Of a stretch of DNA of 55,548 nt, positions 27,168 to 37,066 are shown piece after piece. Where the stretch lies: the NCBI GenBank assembly GCA_016779125.1, contig JADHOF010000003.1:1-55548 (forward strand), given 5' to 3'. A model generated the notes under the pieces. It ran no database searches, was not told the DNA's origin, and worked only from the letters and a program-made list of their open reading frames with translations. How positions within the stretch are numbered: position 1 is the first letter of the stretch; every line of letters begins with the position of its first letter. Source of the stretch: Verrucomicrobiia bacterium. GTDB taxonomy: Bacteria; Verrucomicrobiota; Verrucomicrobiia; Limisphaerales; JAYPXF01. Both the position numbers and the translations under genes were made by a program.

Positions 27168-29003
27168 TCAAGGCTGTCCGCCTTGCGACTTCAACACGGC
27201 CTCCAGTCCCGGATGGCCGGGGTGTCGCTCGAGTCCGCTTTGGAGGACTTCCCGGGCGCGTTCAATGTTTCCGTTGCCGATCAGAATCGAGGCGTAGAAT
27301 CCGAACACGTCGGGATCTTCGGGATGCCGCAGGATGACATCATCGCAAACAGCCATGCCTTCCGCCTGGCGCTTGACCGCTAACAGCGCCGCGCCGAGGT
27401 AGAGATCCAGACGAAATTTGTCGGGTCGAATCTTTCGGGCGGTCTCGAGAAGATCGATGACCGCGCCGGGTTGCCCCGTGGCGAACAGCAGTTCGGCGTG
27501 GGCTGTAGCGATGTTGGCGGCCGCGACGACGGGGGATTCCAGCCATGCCTTCCCGTAGTGATCGAGAGCTTTCCCGGCGTCTCCGGCTTCGGAGGCCAAT
27601 CGGCCGAGAACGCAGTGAGCCTTCGAGCGGGTGGGGCCGGTTTTCAGGTTTTCGAGTTGGGCGGAAAAGAAGGTTTCATTGTTCAGCCAAACCTCCGACA
27701 AGCGGCGGCTTTGCAGCGTGAACAGCAATCCGGAAACCGCGATGCCGACGAGCCACCGCTGACGCGCGACGGGGGTTTTGACCCCGAGCATGAGACCTGT
27801 GATCGCGGCGGAGGCGGCCAGTCCGCAAAGAATTGAATACCGATCCCCCGGGCCGGGAAAAGGCGGCTCGCCCGTCAGTTTGAGGGCTGGTCCTGCGAGA
27901 CCGATAAACGCCAGCCAGATGGCGAAGGCGGCCGGATTCTCCTTTCTCCTCGCCCAGGTCCGGATTGTCAGGCCGGCTACGACGAGGGCGGCGAAAAGAA
28001 TGCGAGGTGACGCGGGATCGAAGGGCACAAGATCCTCGTTCACCGAGTGGTGGTTGAAGGGATAGAACGGCCTCCAGGCGTAGTAGCCCAGGTAGTAGAC
28101 GGCTGCGATCAGGCGTGTGTCCAGCGGGAGCGCCTCCAGGGAAACCGGTGCGCCCCACATGCCCATTTTCACGTGTTGACCGTAAATCGCGACCAGGCAC
28201 ATGAGCAGCGTCACCGCGAAGAAGGGCAGTGTCTCGATCAGCGCGCGCCGGGAATCGCCGGTGAAGGCTGCGCGCAGAGTCGCGGTTTGAATTCGCCGAA
28301 GCGGAAACACGTTCAGCGCGAGAACGGCGATGGAGAATCCGACGGCGAGCGCGAAGCTCATGGTGGCGAGTTGAAACAGCCCGAGCGAAAGCCAGTAGGC
28401 CGTTTGGCGGAACAGCGATCGGCCGAAGTCGCAGCGGAGCAGGACGAGTACGGAAAGGAGCAAAAAGGAGACGACCAGCGAGTAGGAAAGCACGGAAACC
28501 CAGGCGGTCGTTTCGACGCGCAACGGATGCACCGTCCAGAAAAGCGCGCCGGCACCGGCCGCGAGGCGCAGCCATCGGCGTTCCTCCGCGTCGGCTCCGT
28601 CCCCGCGCGCGGTCAGGATGAGACGATGCAGCACCAACAGGAGCAGGCATCCGTTGAGGCTGTGCAGGACGAGGTTCGCCAGATGATAGCCGAAGGGTTT
28701 CATCCCGCCGAACGCGTGGATGATCGCCCAGGCGAGATGCGTGATCGGCTTGTATCGGGTGTCCGGTCCGAAATCGAAAAACATCCACCGGAGGTTTTCG
28801 AGGTTCAGCTCGCGAAGCCGGAGGTTCTTGTAGACGTTGAAGCCGTCGTCCCAATCGAGGAACTCCGCGCTCAATACCGGCCAGTAGGCGATGCCGCAGA
28901 GCACGCACAGGCAGATGCAGATGTTGGTTCGGGTGAGCTTCTCGTCAGTCACAAGGGCGGGCGGAACGCTGCCGGCCCGCCCGGGGCTTGGCAAGTGCTT
29001 CAA
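27168..29003 (-). CDS. TMTC-like GT-C glycosyltransferase with C-terminal TPR repeats
   Basis: FLDWDD acidic loop, YKPIT, GYHLANLVLH, LFWTVHPLRVETTAW, DRY, VWLNNETFF, then TPR-like helices. Start TTG 29003 (overlapping the upstream TGA) or GTG 28952. Confidence 0.8.
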   Translation of the reverse strand: MKHLPSPGRAGSVPPALVTDEKLTRTNICICLCVLCGIAYWPVLSAEFLDWDDGFNVYKNLRLRELNLENLRWMFFDFGPDTRYKPITHLAWAIIHAFGGMKPFGYHLANLVLHSLNGCLLLLVLHRLILTARGDGADAEERRWLRLAAGAGALFWTVHPLRVETTAWVSVLSYSLVVSFLLLSVLVLLRCDFGRSLFRQTAYWLSLGLFQLATMSFALAVGFSIAVLALNVFPLRRIQTATLRAAFTGDSRRALIETLPFFAVTLLMCLVAIYGQHVKMGMWGAPVSLEALPLDTRLIAAVYYLGYYAWRPFYPFNHHSVNEDLVPFDPASPRILFAALVVAGLTIRTWARRKENPAAFAIWLAFIGLAGPALKLTGEPPFPGPGDRYSILCGLAASAAITGLMLGVKTPVARQRWLVGIAVSGLLFTLQSRRLSEVWLNNETFFSAQLENLKTGPTRSKAHCVLGRLASEAGDAGKALDHYGKAWLESPVVAAANIATAHAELLFATGQPGAVIDLLETARKIRPDKFRLDLYLGAALLAVKRQAEGMAVCDDVILRHPEDPDVFGFYASILIGNGNIERAREVLQSGLERHPGHPGLEAVLKSQGGQP

Positions 29004-32000
29004 TTGTCGAAGACACGCTGGGCTCCCACGACGGGAAGTCCGGATGCTGCGGGAATGACGCGGTAGAAACGGCCCGCGCGGCTGAGCGCGTCGGCTTCCA
29101 CGAAGTCGATGCGACCGTCGGCCATGAATCCGCGGGCGATTTCAAACCAGTCGCGCAGATTGTCCGTCCCTTCGACGACGACTTCTTCCGTGAGATCGCC
29201 GATCACGACCACGTGCACGACGCCGTCCGTCAAGGCCTCCGCCGCTGCGGGCGGCTCGGTGCCGGGCCGGGGCTCGACGCGATCGTTGTCCGCGATCATC
29301 GCGGCGGCCCGGCGGCGGAGGCCGATCTCGTAATTGAGCGGCAGCAGCGTTTGCGGGTGAACGAGGTTGAGGATGACGGACTCGCCTCGTTCCGGTGTGT
29401 CGTCGTCGATCGGCGTGATCTCGATTTCCACCTTCGTCTCCCCGGCGGGAATGGTGATGCCGGTCGGGACCTGTTGGTAGTCCGCGCCGTTTTCGGCGAC
29501 GCCACCTATTTCGAGAAAGGCGTGAATTGCGGCATTGGTGGAGCCCCGGCGAATGAGGGTGAAGGTGGCTGTGTCCGGCTGTCCGGCGGCGTTCGCCCCC
29601 TCGCGGGCCAGAAAGTCACGGGTGATGATTTCGATGATCGGGACCGCGTTTTCCTCTCGCACACGGACCGTCACGGGCTCGGACCAGCGGCTCGCGCCCA
29701 GATTGTCGGTGGCTTTGACGCGCAGCACGTGCTCGCCGGCCGGGGCGTTCGTCCAGGCGAGGCTGAAGCGTTGCCGTGCGTCCGGTGCCGGGGGGACGAG
29801 GAAATGCACCACCGAGTCGCCGAGTTTGCGGTCGCCGACGTAGAACTCCATCTGCGTCACCCAGCCGTCCTGATCACGGGTTTGGGCGGCGATTTCGATC
29901 CGGGCCGGGGCTGTGAATTTCGCTCCCGTCTCGGGACTGGCGATGACGACTCGGGGAGGCTCGTTGCGGTGTTCGTCGTTGTCCCGAATCGAGATGGTGG
30001 CGGTGCCCTCCGTGCCGACCTGGTAACAGCTGGGAGGCGGCGGGAAGAGCGCGATGCAGAGCGGGGCCTCAATCTGAAGCGTCACGGTTTCGGTTTGTTC
30101 CACCCGCTGATCATCGACGGGGCGGAGGACCAGTCTCACCTCTGTCTGTCCGGCCGCGAAACGCGCGCTGTGATTCGCCGTTGTGGTGCCGCCACCGGTG
30201 GCGTTGCCCGACACCAATTCATAATCATTGGGCGAGGCGGAACCGCGGAGGGAGTACGCGACTTCGACCGGGATCGTGAGATTGCCCCGTCGGCGGAGGC
30301 TGAACACGCCGACGTTGGCTTCGCCGGCCGGGGTTGAAGGGATTCCTTCGGAGGCTTCGGTGTCAATGGCGACGACGCTGACGACGGTGCGTTCGACCTG
30401 CTCGATCACCTTCACACGGACGGGTTCGGACAGGCGTGACGCTCCGTCGTTGTCGGTGACGCGCACCCGGATTTCGTGTTCGCCGGTGCTTGGGTGAGGC
30501 CAGACCAGCTCGAAGGTGTGGCTCATTCCGACGGGAGGGGTCTCGAAGTATTGAAGGGATTTGTCGGCGACCTGGACCCCGTCTGCAAAGGCTTCCAGTC
30601 GGACGAGGTGGCCGTCCGCGTCCTTGCCTCGGGCCAGGATCTTGATCGGATCGCCCAGCTTCAAAACGGCTCCGGCCGTCGGTTGAAGAATGAGGGCTTC
30701 GGGCGGGCGGTTCACGGCGTCCGTGTCATTGTCGCGAAGAATCGCCTCGGCCCGGAAGGGGGTGCCGATGATGTAGTCGGAGGAGGTGTTGGCGGCGGTG
30801 GTGTCGTTCGCGCCGACCGGGCGCAACGAGAGCACGATGTTCTCGGGACCCTCGACCCGGGTGTCGTCGATCGGCTCGATCAGGACATCCGCCCCATCAA
30901 CGCCGGCGGGGATGGTGACGTGCCTGGCGATGGCGCGATAGTCCTCGCCATTGACGGCCGAGCCGCCGACGTGGAAGTGAACGGTGAGCGGCTTCTCCTG
31001 CGACCCCGTGCGTCGAATCCGGAATTTGGCGGTGTTCGGCTGGGAGTTGGGGCTGCCGTTTACCGGGTCGGGTTCCCGCGCGAGGTTGTCGCTCGCGAGG
31101 ATGCTGACAACGGGCGGCGAGTTGGTTCCGACGACCCTGACCGCGACTGGGGCGGAATCGCGGGAGGCCCCGAGATTGTCCGTGGCGACCGCGCGGAGCA
31201 CGTGCGAACCCGGCGCGATATTCGTCCAGACGAGATGCCACGGCGGTAAAATGGCGACTGCGGGGCTGTTTGCGTCGGCCAAAAGGCTGGGTTGATTGCT
31301 CACCGTGCCGAGGCTCTTTTCCCCGTCGAAGAATTCAACCGTGCGCACCCAGCCGTCGAGGTCCTGTGCGGCGGCGATCAATGGGTAATGGGTCGGTGAC
31401 ACCAACACGGTGTTGGCCTCCGGACGTTCCAGCCGTACGACCGGCGGATGATTGGTCGGGATACGGTCGTTGTCCTCAATCCACGCGACAGCGCGGGCGT
31501 TTGGCGCGAGTTCGTAGCAGCCGGCGGGTGCCGGAAACAGGTCGGCGCAGGCTGCGGGTTGGAGTTCGAGGACGATGCTTTCGCGGTCTTCCTCGTCCGT
31601 GTCGTTGATCGGCTCGATGGTAAGCGCGACCTCCCGTTCATCCGCAGGAATCAGGACGGTCGTGGCGATTGCCTGGTAGTCGCTTCCGGGGGTGGCGCTG
31701 CCGCCAAATCGGAGATCAACGGCCAGTTCCGCGACGGCGGACCCGGTCCGGTGAATGATGAAAGTCGCGGTGTCCACGGTGCCCGACGCGTCACCCGGTC
31801 CTCCTTCCCCTGCCCGTGAATCCTTCGCGAACACGCCGACGAGCGGGAGGGCGGTGTCCGACTCGATTCGCACGCGGACGGCTTCCGAACTCCGGGTCGC
31901 GCCGCGATCGTCCGTCGCGACCGCGCGGACGAGATGCTCGCCGACCGGGGCGTTTGACCAGACGAGCGAGAACGGCGCGACAGGCGGGAGAACGGACGTG

Positions 32001-32788
32001 CCCGTCGTCAGGTTCGGGGCGTCCGGGTCGAATTCCCCGGAAACCCTCTGATTTGCCGCGACGGTGTTCTCGATGTTTGCCGGATCGATGAGGGCGAATG
32101 GCCTGAAGCGATTGCTGACCGTGCCGAGGCTCAGGTTGCCGGCGAAAAACTCGACGGACTGCACGAAGCCGTCCGTGTCGTCGGCCGTCGCGAGAAGGGG
32201 AACATTCAGCGGACCGCGAAACACGGCTCCTGCCGGGGGGCTCAGCAGGGAGACCGTCGGGGGCTGGTTCGCGCCGCCGTCGTTGTCCTGAATCGTGACC
32301 ACGCCGCGACCCGGCCATTGGATCCGGAAGCCGCGAAGATTTGTGCCTGGGTGGGAAAGCTCGACCACGACCGTCTCCCGAGCTTCCCCGGCGTTGTCGT
32401 CCACGGGAATGATCGTGATGGGTGCGACGTGTTCGCCTGCCGGAATCCGCACCCGACCGAGAAGGGGTTGGTAGTCGATTTCATTCGCCGCCGTTCCGCC
32501 GACCACGTATGCGACCTCCAGCGTGGCATTGGTGTCGCCGAAGCGGACCACCAGCAACTGGCCGGGAGTCGGACCTTCCTCCGATGCGACCGGTTGCGCT
32601 TCAAGAAGGAAGACAAGCGGGAGAGAGGTGTCGTTGGTGGTCGGTCCGTTTACGGCCGTATTGATGGAACCGGAAAGGCCTGTTCCAAGATCGGTGTTCA
32701 CGGGATTCGCCTCCTCGCCGCGCGCGATCAAGGGAATCAAGCATGCGAGAAAGAGGCTTCGACCGACAGAATGGATCGTGAGTTTCAT
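29000..32788 (-). CDS. Large secreted surface protein with five Calx-beta and four Ig-like domains alternating, plus C-terminal TDNL..W..RFYRV domain
   Basis: Signal peptide. Calx-beta repeats: R.G..L.V...GGSA..G.DY...IPAG...I.PIDD..E..E.V.L.L...I.DND. Ig repeats: N.PP.V....P..GA...A.D.DG.V..VEF...W.N...G.H.LR..ATDN.GA..S.PV.V.V. Confidence 0.85.
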   Translation of the reverse strand: MKLTIHSVGRSLFLACLIPLIARGEEANPVNTDLGTGLSGSINTAVNGPTTNDTSLPLVFLLEAQPVASEEGPTPGQLLVVRFGDTNATLEVAYVVGGTAANEIDYQPLLGRVRIPAGEHVAPITIIPVDDNAGEARETVVVELSHPGTNLRGFRIQWPGRGVVTIQDNDGGANQPPTVSLLSPPAGAVFRGPLNVPLLATADDTDGFVQSVEFFAGNLSLGTVSNRFRPFALIDPANIENTVAANQRVSGEFDPDAPNLTTGTSVLPPVAPFSLVWSNAPVGEHLVRAVATDDRGATRSSEAVRVRIESDTALPLVGVFAKDSRAGEGGPGDASGTVDTATFIIHRTGSAVAELAVDLRFGGSATPGSDYQAIATTVLIPADEREVALTIEPINDTDEEDRESIVLELQPAACADLFPAPAGCYELAPNARAVAWIEDNDRIPTNHPPVVRLERPEANTVLVSPTHYPLIAAAQDLDGWVRTVEFFDGEKSLGTVSNQPSLLADANSPAVAILPPWHLVWTNIAPGSHVLRAVATDNLGASRDSAPVAVRVVGTNSPPVVSILASDNLAREPDPVNGSPNSQPNTAKFRIRRTGSQEKPLTVHFHVGGSAVNGEDYRAIARHVTIPAGVDGADVLIEPIDDTRVEGPENIVLSLRPVGANDTTAANTSSDYIIGTPFRAEAILRDNDTDAVNRPPEALILQPTAGAVLKLGDPIKILARGKDADGHLVRLEAFADGVQVADKSLQYFETPPVGMSHTFELVWPHPSTGEHEIRVRVTDNDGASRLSEPVRVKVIEQVERTVVSVVAIDTEASEGIPSTPAGEANVGVFSLRRRGNLTIPVEVAYSLRGSASPNDYELVSGNATGGGTTTANHSARFAAGQTEVRLVLRPVDDQRVEQTETVTLQIEAPLCIALFPPPPSCYQVGTEGTATISIRDNDEHRNEPPRVVIASPETGAKFTAPARIEIAAQTRDQDGWVTQMEFYVGDRKLGDSVVHFLVPPAPDARQRFSLAWTNAPAGEHVLRVKATDNLGASRWSEPVTVRVREENAVPIIEIITRDFLAREGANAAGQPDTATFTLIRRGSTNAAIHAFLEIGGVAENGADYQQVPTGITIPAGETKVEIEITPIDDDTPERGESVILNLVHPQTLLPLNYEIGLRRRAAAMIADNDRVEPRPGTEPPAAAEALTDGVVHVVVIGDLTEEVVVEGTDNLRDWFEIARGFMADGRIDFVEADALSRAGRFYRVIPAASGLPVVGAQRVFDN

Positions 32789-32962
32789 GGCTTTTGCGGG
32801 AATGGCTGTTGGTGGACACGCGAAGGTTTCCCCAAGCGCGGATTACCCGTATAGCAGAACGTTTGTTGATTACAATTAGGGTATTCCATTCAGGCGCGGG
32901 GCTCGGGGAGGCCTGAGCGCGAGCATTTGCGAGGTCGTAACCGGATCGTTTTCAGGTTTCGC

Positions 32963-32990
32963 TTGCCAAAAGGTCGGCCCTCCGTAGATT
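32963..32990 (+). promoter_or_regulatory. sigma70-like promoter for yajC-secDF
   Basis: TTGCCA-16nt-TAGATT, ending 19 nt before the yajC ATG. Confidence 0.45.
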
Positions 32991-33009
32991 TGCCGGCTCT
33001 ATTTTCAAC

Positions 33010-33360
33010 ATGGATATAGCGAATTTCGCAGTTTTATTGGCCTTTTCAGCACCGGCAGCGCCGGGTCAACCGCAGCCTCCTGTCTGGATGCAGATGGTTC
33101 CGTTGCTGATCCTCATCTTTGTCTTCTACTTCATCCTGATTCGTCCACAGGCAAAGCAGGCGAAACAGCAGGAGGAAATGAGGAAAAACCTCCAAAAAGG
33201 CGATCGCGTGGTCACGAACGGGGGAATCGTCGGCACGGTGATTTCTGTTCGAGACGGGGATAGTTCCCTCATGATCCGCTCGGACGAAACCAAGCTGGAG
33301 GTGCTCAAGTCGGCGGTCACCGGTGTGACGGACAAGGGCAGCGCCGTCAAATCCGCCTGA
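33010..33360 (+). CDS. yajC: Preprotein translocase subunit YajC
   Basis: FYFILIRPQ.KQ.K, LQKGDRVVTNGGIVGTV, KSAV. Confidence 0.96.
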   Translation: MDIANFAVLLAFSAPAAPGQPQPPVWMQMVPLLILIFVFYFILIRPQAKQAKQQEEMRKNLQKGDRVVTNGGIVGTVISVRDGDSSLMIRSDETKLEVLKSAVTGVTDKGSAVKSA

Positions 33361-33396
33361 AATCCGGGCGAACTTCAATCTCAAGGAAAAGAAAGC

Positions 33397-35940
33397 ATGA
33401 AACGCAACAACACCACGCGCGCCATTGTCATCTTGTTGGTGCTGGCCTGGGCAATTTTTGAAATGCAACCGCCGACGGATCGACCGTTGGTGGAGGTTTT
33501 TGACCAGCAGGCGAGCAACAAGGACGCGGCCTACGCACCGATAATCGCCGCCGCCAAGGCATCGTTCAGCCCGACCAACGCCCCGTCTGTTCAGTATCGC
33601 AGTCTTCGCGAGGCGGTCGGCACAAACGATCTGACCAAGTTTTTCAATTTCAGCACCAAGGGCGAAAAAGATCCCAACAAGGCTATTTTGGGCCGGGTGC
33701 AGCGTGAGGCTGCCGGCCAGTTCAAGCTCGGTCTGGATCTTCAGGGCGGCTCGTCCGTGCTGGTCGCGCTTTCCAGCAACAAGGTCGCGCAGGTTTCCGA
33801 CACGGCCTCCCTTCAGGAACAGGCGATTGAGGTCTTGCGGGTTCGATTGGACAAGTTCGGTGTCGCAGAGCCGGTCATTCGCGCGGATGGCGACAATCGC
33901 ATTCTCATCCAGATGCCTGGTCTCGCAGAGAATGATCTGGCGCAGATCATTGACGTGGTGACGAAGCCCGCCGTGCTGGAGTTTCGGATCGTCCATCCCC
34001 GCTCCGACGAATTGTTGGCGCAGGGGCTGATGGCCCCCGGCTATCAGTCGATGGTGGACACGCGTAATCTGGATGATGGCACCTCGATTCGCACCAACCT
34101 GCTGGTCAAGGTCAAGCCCGAGCGGGGATTGACCGGCAAATACATCGAGCGTGCGGGCGTTTACCGGGATCCGATCACGATGCAGCCCCGCATCACCTTT
34201 CGCTTCAACACCGAGGGCGCCGGCCTTTTCGCGGGCGTGACCGAGGAGAACGTGGGCAACCGCCTCGCGATCGTTCTAGACGGCGAGCTTTATTCCGCGC
34301 CCAACATCAATGAGCCGATCCGGGGGGGCAGCGGCGAAATTTCCGGCGACTTCAGCCTGAAAGAAGCCTACCAGCTGGCGAACGTGCTGGAGAATCCGCT
34401 CGAGACCAAACTGGAGATCCTGGAAATGGAGCTGATTGATCCGTCGCTTGGCAAGGATTCCATTCGCAGCGGAGCGACTGCGGTGATTGTGGGCATCGTG
34501 GCTGTGGCTCTCTTCATGCTGGCCTACTACATGGTGTCCGGAGTAATGGCCAACGTGGCGTTGCTTCTAAACATCATCATCCTGCTAGGTGTCATGTGTT
34601 CGCTCGACGCGACCTTCACCCTGCCGGGCATCGCGGGCATCGTGCTGACCATCGGTATGGCGGTGGACGCCAACGTGCTGATTTACGAGCGCATCCGGGA
34701 GGAACTTGCCGAGGGCAAGTCTCTGCGCGGCGCGGTGAACGCGGGATACGACAAGGCTTGGAGCACGATTTTCGACTCGAACATCACGACCCTGATCGCG
34801 TCCTCGATCCTGATTTATCTCGGTTCCGGGCCTGTCAAGGGGTTCGGTGTGACGCTGACCATTGGTGTCTGCGCGTCGATGTTCACGGCTCTCGTTGTCA
34901 CGCGGTTGCTCTTCGATTTCCTGTTGGAGCGCGACATACTCAAGAATCTGAAAATGCTCTATCTGGTGAAGGGAACGAGTATCGATTTCCTCGGCTTCGC
35001 CAAGCCCGCCGCGATCATGTCGGTTGTGGTGCTCGCCATCGGCCTCGGAGGAGGGATTGTGATGCAGGGCAAAAAGGCGCTCGGTGTTGATTTTCTGGGC
35101 GGGGACGCCATCACCTACACATTCGACAAGCGCGTCGATGTGAGCGTGCTGCGACCGATCCTTGAAAAGACCGCCTACAAGGTCAACGGCAAGGAAGAGG
35201 TGGTTGGCGGCGACATTGCGATTCAATATCAGAAGTCCTTGGGGGACGCGGCGGTCCATTCCGAGCGGCTGATCGTGACCGCGCCGGTGGATTCCGGCGA
35301 CGCGATCACGGCGGCTTTGAAAGCCGGCTTTCCGGACTCGGGTTTCGAGGAGCAGTTGAAGCGTCAGGTCGGCGCGGTCATTGGCAGTGAAATCCTCAAG
35401 TCGGCCATTGAGGCAATCGTGCTCGCCCTGTTTGGCATTCTTTTCTACGTCGCGTTGCGCTTCGAATTTTCATTCTCGGTTGCGGCGGTGATTGCGGTGA
35501 TTCACGACGTGGTGGTGACGCTGGGGCTTTACATTCTGATCGGCGGCCAGATCAGTGCGCCGATCGTGGCAGCGCTCCTGACCGTGATCGGTTTCTCAAT
35601 CAACGACACCATCGTCATCTTCGATCGTATTCGTGAGGATCTCAAATTGGGTGTGCGCGGCACGTTTCATGATGTGATCAACAAGGCTGTAAACCAGACC
35701 CTGGCCCGGACGATTATCACGTCGGGAACGACGCTCATTTCCGTGCTGTCGCTTGTGATCTTCGGCGGCGGCGTGATCAACGACTTTGCCACCACCCTGC
35801 TCATCGGGATTGTCGTCGGCACTTACTCCAGTATCTACGTCGCCAGCGCGATCGTCCTTTGGTGGCACAAGGGAGAGCGTCCGAAGATGGCCGGACCCGA
35901 GAGCGCGGCGGTTTATTCCGCCGCGGAGCCGACCGCCTGA
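33397..35940 (+). CDS. secDF: Fused protein translocase subunit SecDF
   Basis: KLGLDLQGG, GVAEP, LAIVLDG..SAPNI, TLPGIAG.VLTIGMAVDANVLIYERIREE, GVDFLGG, IHDV, GFSINDTIVIFDRIRE, GTYSSIYVA. Confidence 0.96.
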   Translation: MKRNNTTRAIVILLVLAWAIFEMQPPTDRPLVEVFDQQASNKDAAYAPIIAAAKASFSPTNAPSVQYRSLREAVGTNDLTKFFNFSTKGEKDPNKAILGRVQREAAGQFKLGLDLQGGSSVLVALSSNKVAQVSDTASLQEQAIEVLRVRLDKFGVAEPVIRADGDNRILIQMPGLAENDLAQIIDVVTKPAVLEFRIVHPRSDELLAQGLMAPGYQSMVDTRNLDDGTSIRTNLLVKVKPERGLTGKYIERAGVYRDPITMQPRITFRFNTEGAGLFAGVTEENVGNRLAIVLDGELYSAPNINEPIRGGSGEISGDFSLKEAYQLANVLENPLETKLEILEMELIDPSLGKDSIRSGATAVIVGIVAVALFMLAYYMVSGVMANVALLLNIIILLGVMCSLDATFTLPGIAGIVLTIGMAVDANVLIYERIREELAEGKSLRGAVNAGYDKAWSTIFDSNITTLIASSILIYLGSGPVKGFGVTLTIGVCASMFTALVVTRLLFDFLLERDILKNLKMLYLVKGTSIDFLGFAKPAAIMSVVVLAIGLGGGIVMQGKKALGVDFLGGDAITYTFDKRVDVSVLRPILEKTAYKVNGKEEVVGGDIAIQYQKSLGDAAVHSERLIVTAPVDSGDAITAALKAGFPDSGFEEQLKRQVGAVIGSEILKSAIEAIVLALFGILFYVALRFEFSFSVAAVIAVIHDVVVTLGLYILIGGQISAPIVAALLTVIGFSINDTIVIFDRIREDLKLGVRGTFHDVINKAVNQTLARTIITSGTTLISVLSLVIFGGGVINDFATTLLIGIVVGTYSSIYVASAIVLWWHKGERPKMAGPESAAVYSAAEPTA

Positions 35941-36067
35941 CGAGTCACAGGGACAGTTGAAACGCTTACACGCCATTGGGCGGTGAGCGTCACGCGCGGG
36001 TGAGGACCGGCGCTGGAGCCGTGCTTTGACGAACGAATACGACAACGTCATGACCGGAGTGCAGCGG

Positions 36068-37066
36068 ATGGACATCACCCCGCTGCACTGGATCGTTTTC
36101 ATCGTCGCGGTATTGTTCTTCCTCGCGCTGGATCTTGGTGTGTTCCACCGAAACGCGCGCAAGGTGAAGTTTCGGGAGGCGTTGGCCTGGTCGGCCTTGT
36201 GGTGTTCATTGGCGCTCCTCTTCGGCAGTTTTGTCTCCACCTACCGGGGGTTTGAGGAAGGCACGGAGTTCGTCACCGGCTACATCATCGAACTTTCGCT
36301 TTCGATGGACAACGTGTTCGTGATCGCGTTGATCTTCAGCTACTTCCGCGTGCCGATCGCCTACCAGCACCGGGTTCTCTTCTGGGGGATCATGGGCGCG
36401 CTGGTCATGCGCTTGGCGATGATCCTCGTCGGGGCCGCCCTCATCAAACAGTTCCATCAGGTCCTTTATTTCTTCGGAGCCTTTCTGGTGTATTCGGGTG
36501 TCAAGATGCTGCTCGGAAAGGACGACGAGGGCGTTGAGCCCGAGAAAAATCCCTGCGTCAGCCTCGCCCGCAAATGGTTCCGGGTGAGTCCGGATTATGA
36601 CGGGCAGAATTTCACGACTCTGTTGAACGGTCGCAAGGCCCTGACGCCACTGGCCTTGGTGTTGGTCATGATCGAGACCACCGACCTGATCTTCGCGCTG
36701 GACTCGATTCCCGCCATCTTCGCCGTCACGCAGAAGGAATTCATCGTCTTCACCTCGAATGTCTTCGCGATCCTTGGCCTGCGCTCGATGTACTTCGTGC
36801 TCGCGAACGCGATCGAATACTTCCGCTACCTGAAGTTCGGCCTTTCCTTGGTGCTGGTCTTTATCGGCGGCAAAATGCTCGCGGAGATGTGGAATCTCCA
36901 CATCGACACCATGGCCAGCCTTTACATCGTTGCCGGCATTATCATCGCCTCGATCATTGTGTCCTTCCGCACGGCGAAAACGCATCCCGACCCGTCGCTC
37001 TACGAGGATGAGGACGACGATGACGAGCAGGGCGGGGACGGGTCGGAAAAATCGCCCGCCCCGTGA
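36068..37066 (+). CDS. TerC/Alx family metal (Mn)-associated membrane protein
   Basis: GYIIELSLSMDNVFV, QHRVLFWG, IETTDLIFALDSIPA, FTSNVFAILGLR, FIGGKML; acidic tail EDEDDDDE. Confidence 0.92.
   Translation: MDITPLHWIVFIVAVLFFLALDLGVFHRNARKVKFREALAWSALWCSLALLFGSFVSTYRGFEEGTEFVTGYIIELSLSMDNVFVIALIFSYFRVPIAYQHRVLFWGIMGALVMRLAMILVGAALIKQFHQVLYFFGAFLVYSGVKMLLGKDDEGVEPEKNPCVSLARKWFRVSPDYDGQNFTTLLNGRKALTPLALVLVMIETTDLIFALDSIPAIFAVTQKEFIVFTSNVFAILGLRSMYFVLANAIEYFRYLKFGLSLVLVFIGGKMLAEMWNLHIDTMASLYIVAGIIIASIIVSFRTAKTHPDPSLYEDEDDDDEQGGDGSEKSPAP

Noticed and set aside
35941-36067. yybP-ykoY Mn riboswitch expected upstream of TerC/Alx
   Set aside because: The conserved GGGGAGUAG and GAGACC-type elements are not visible.
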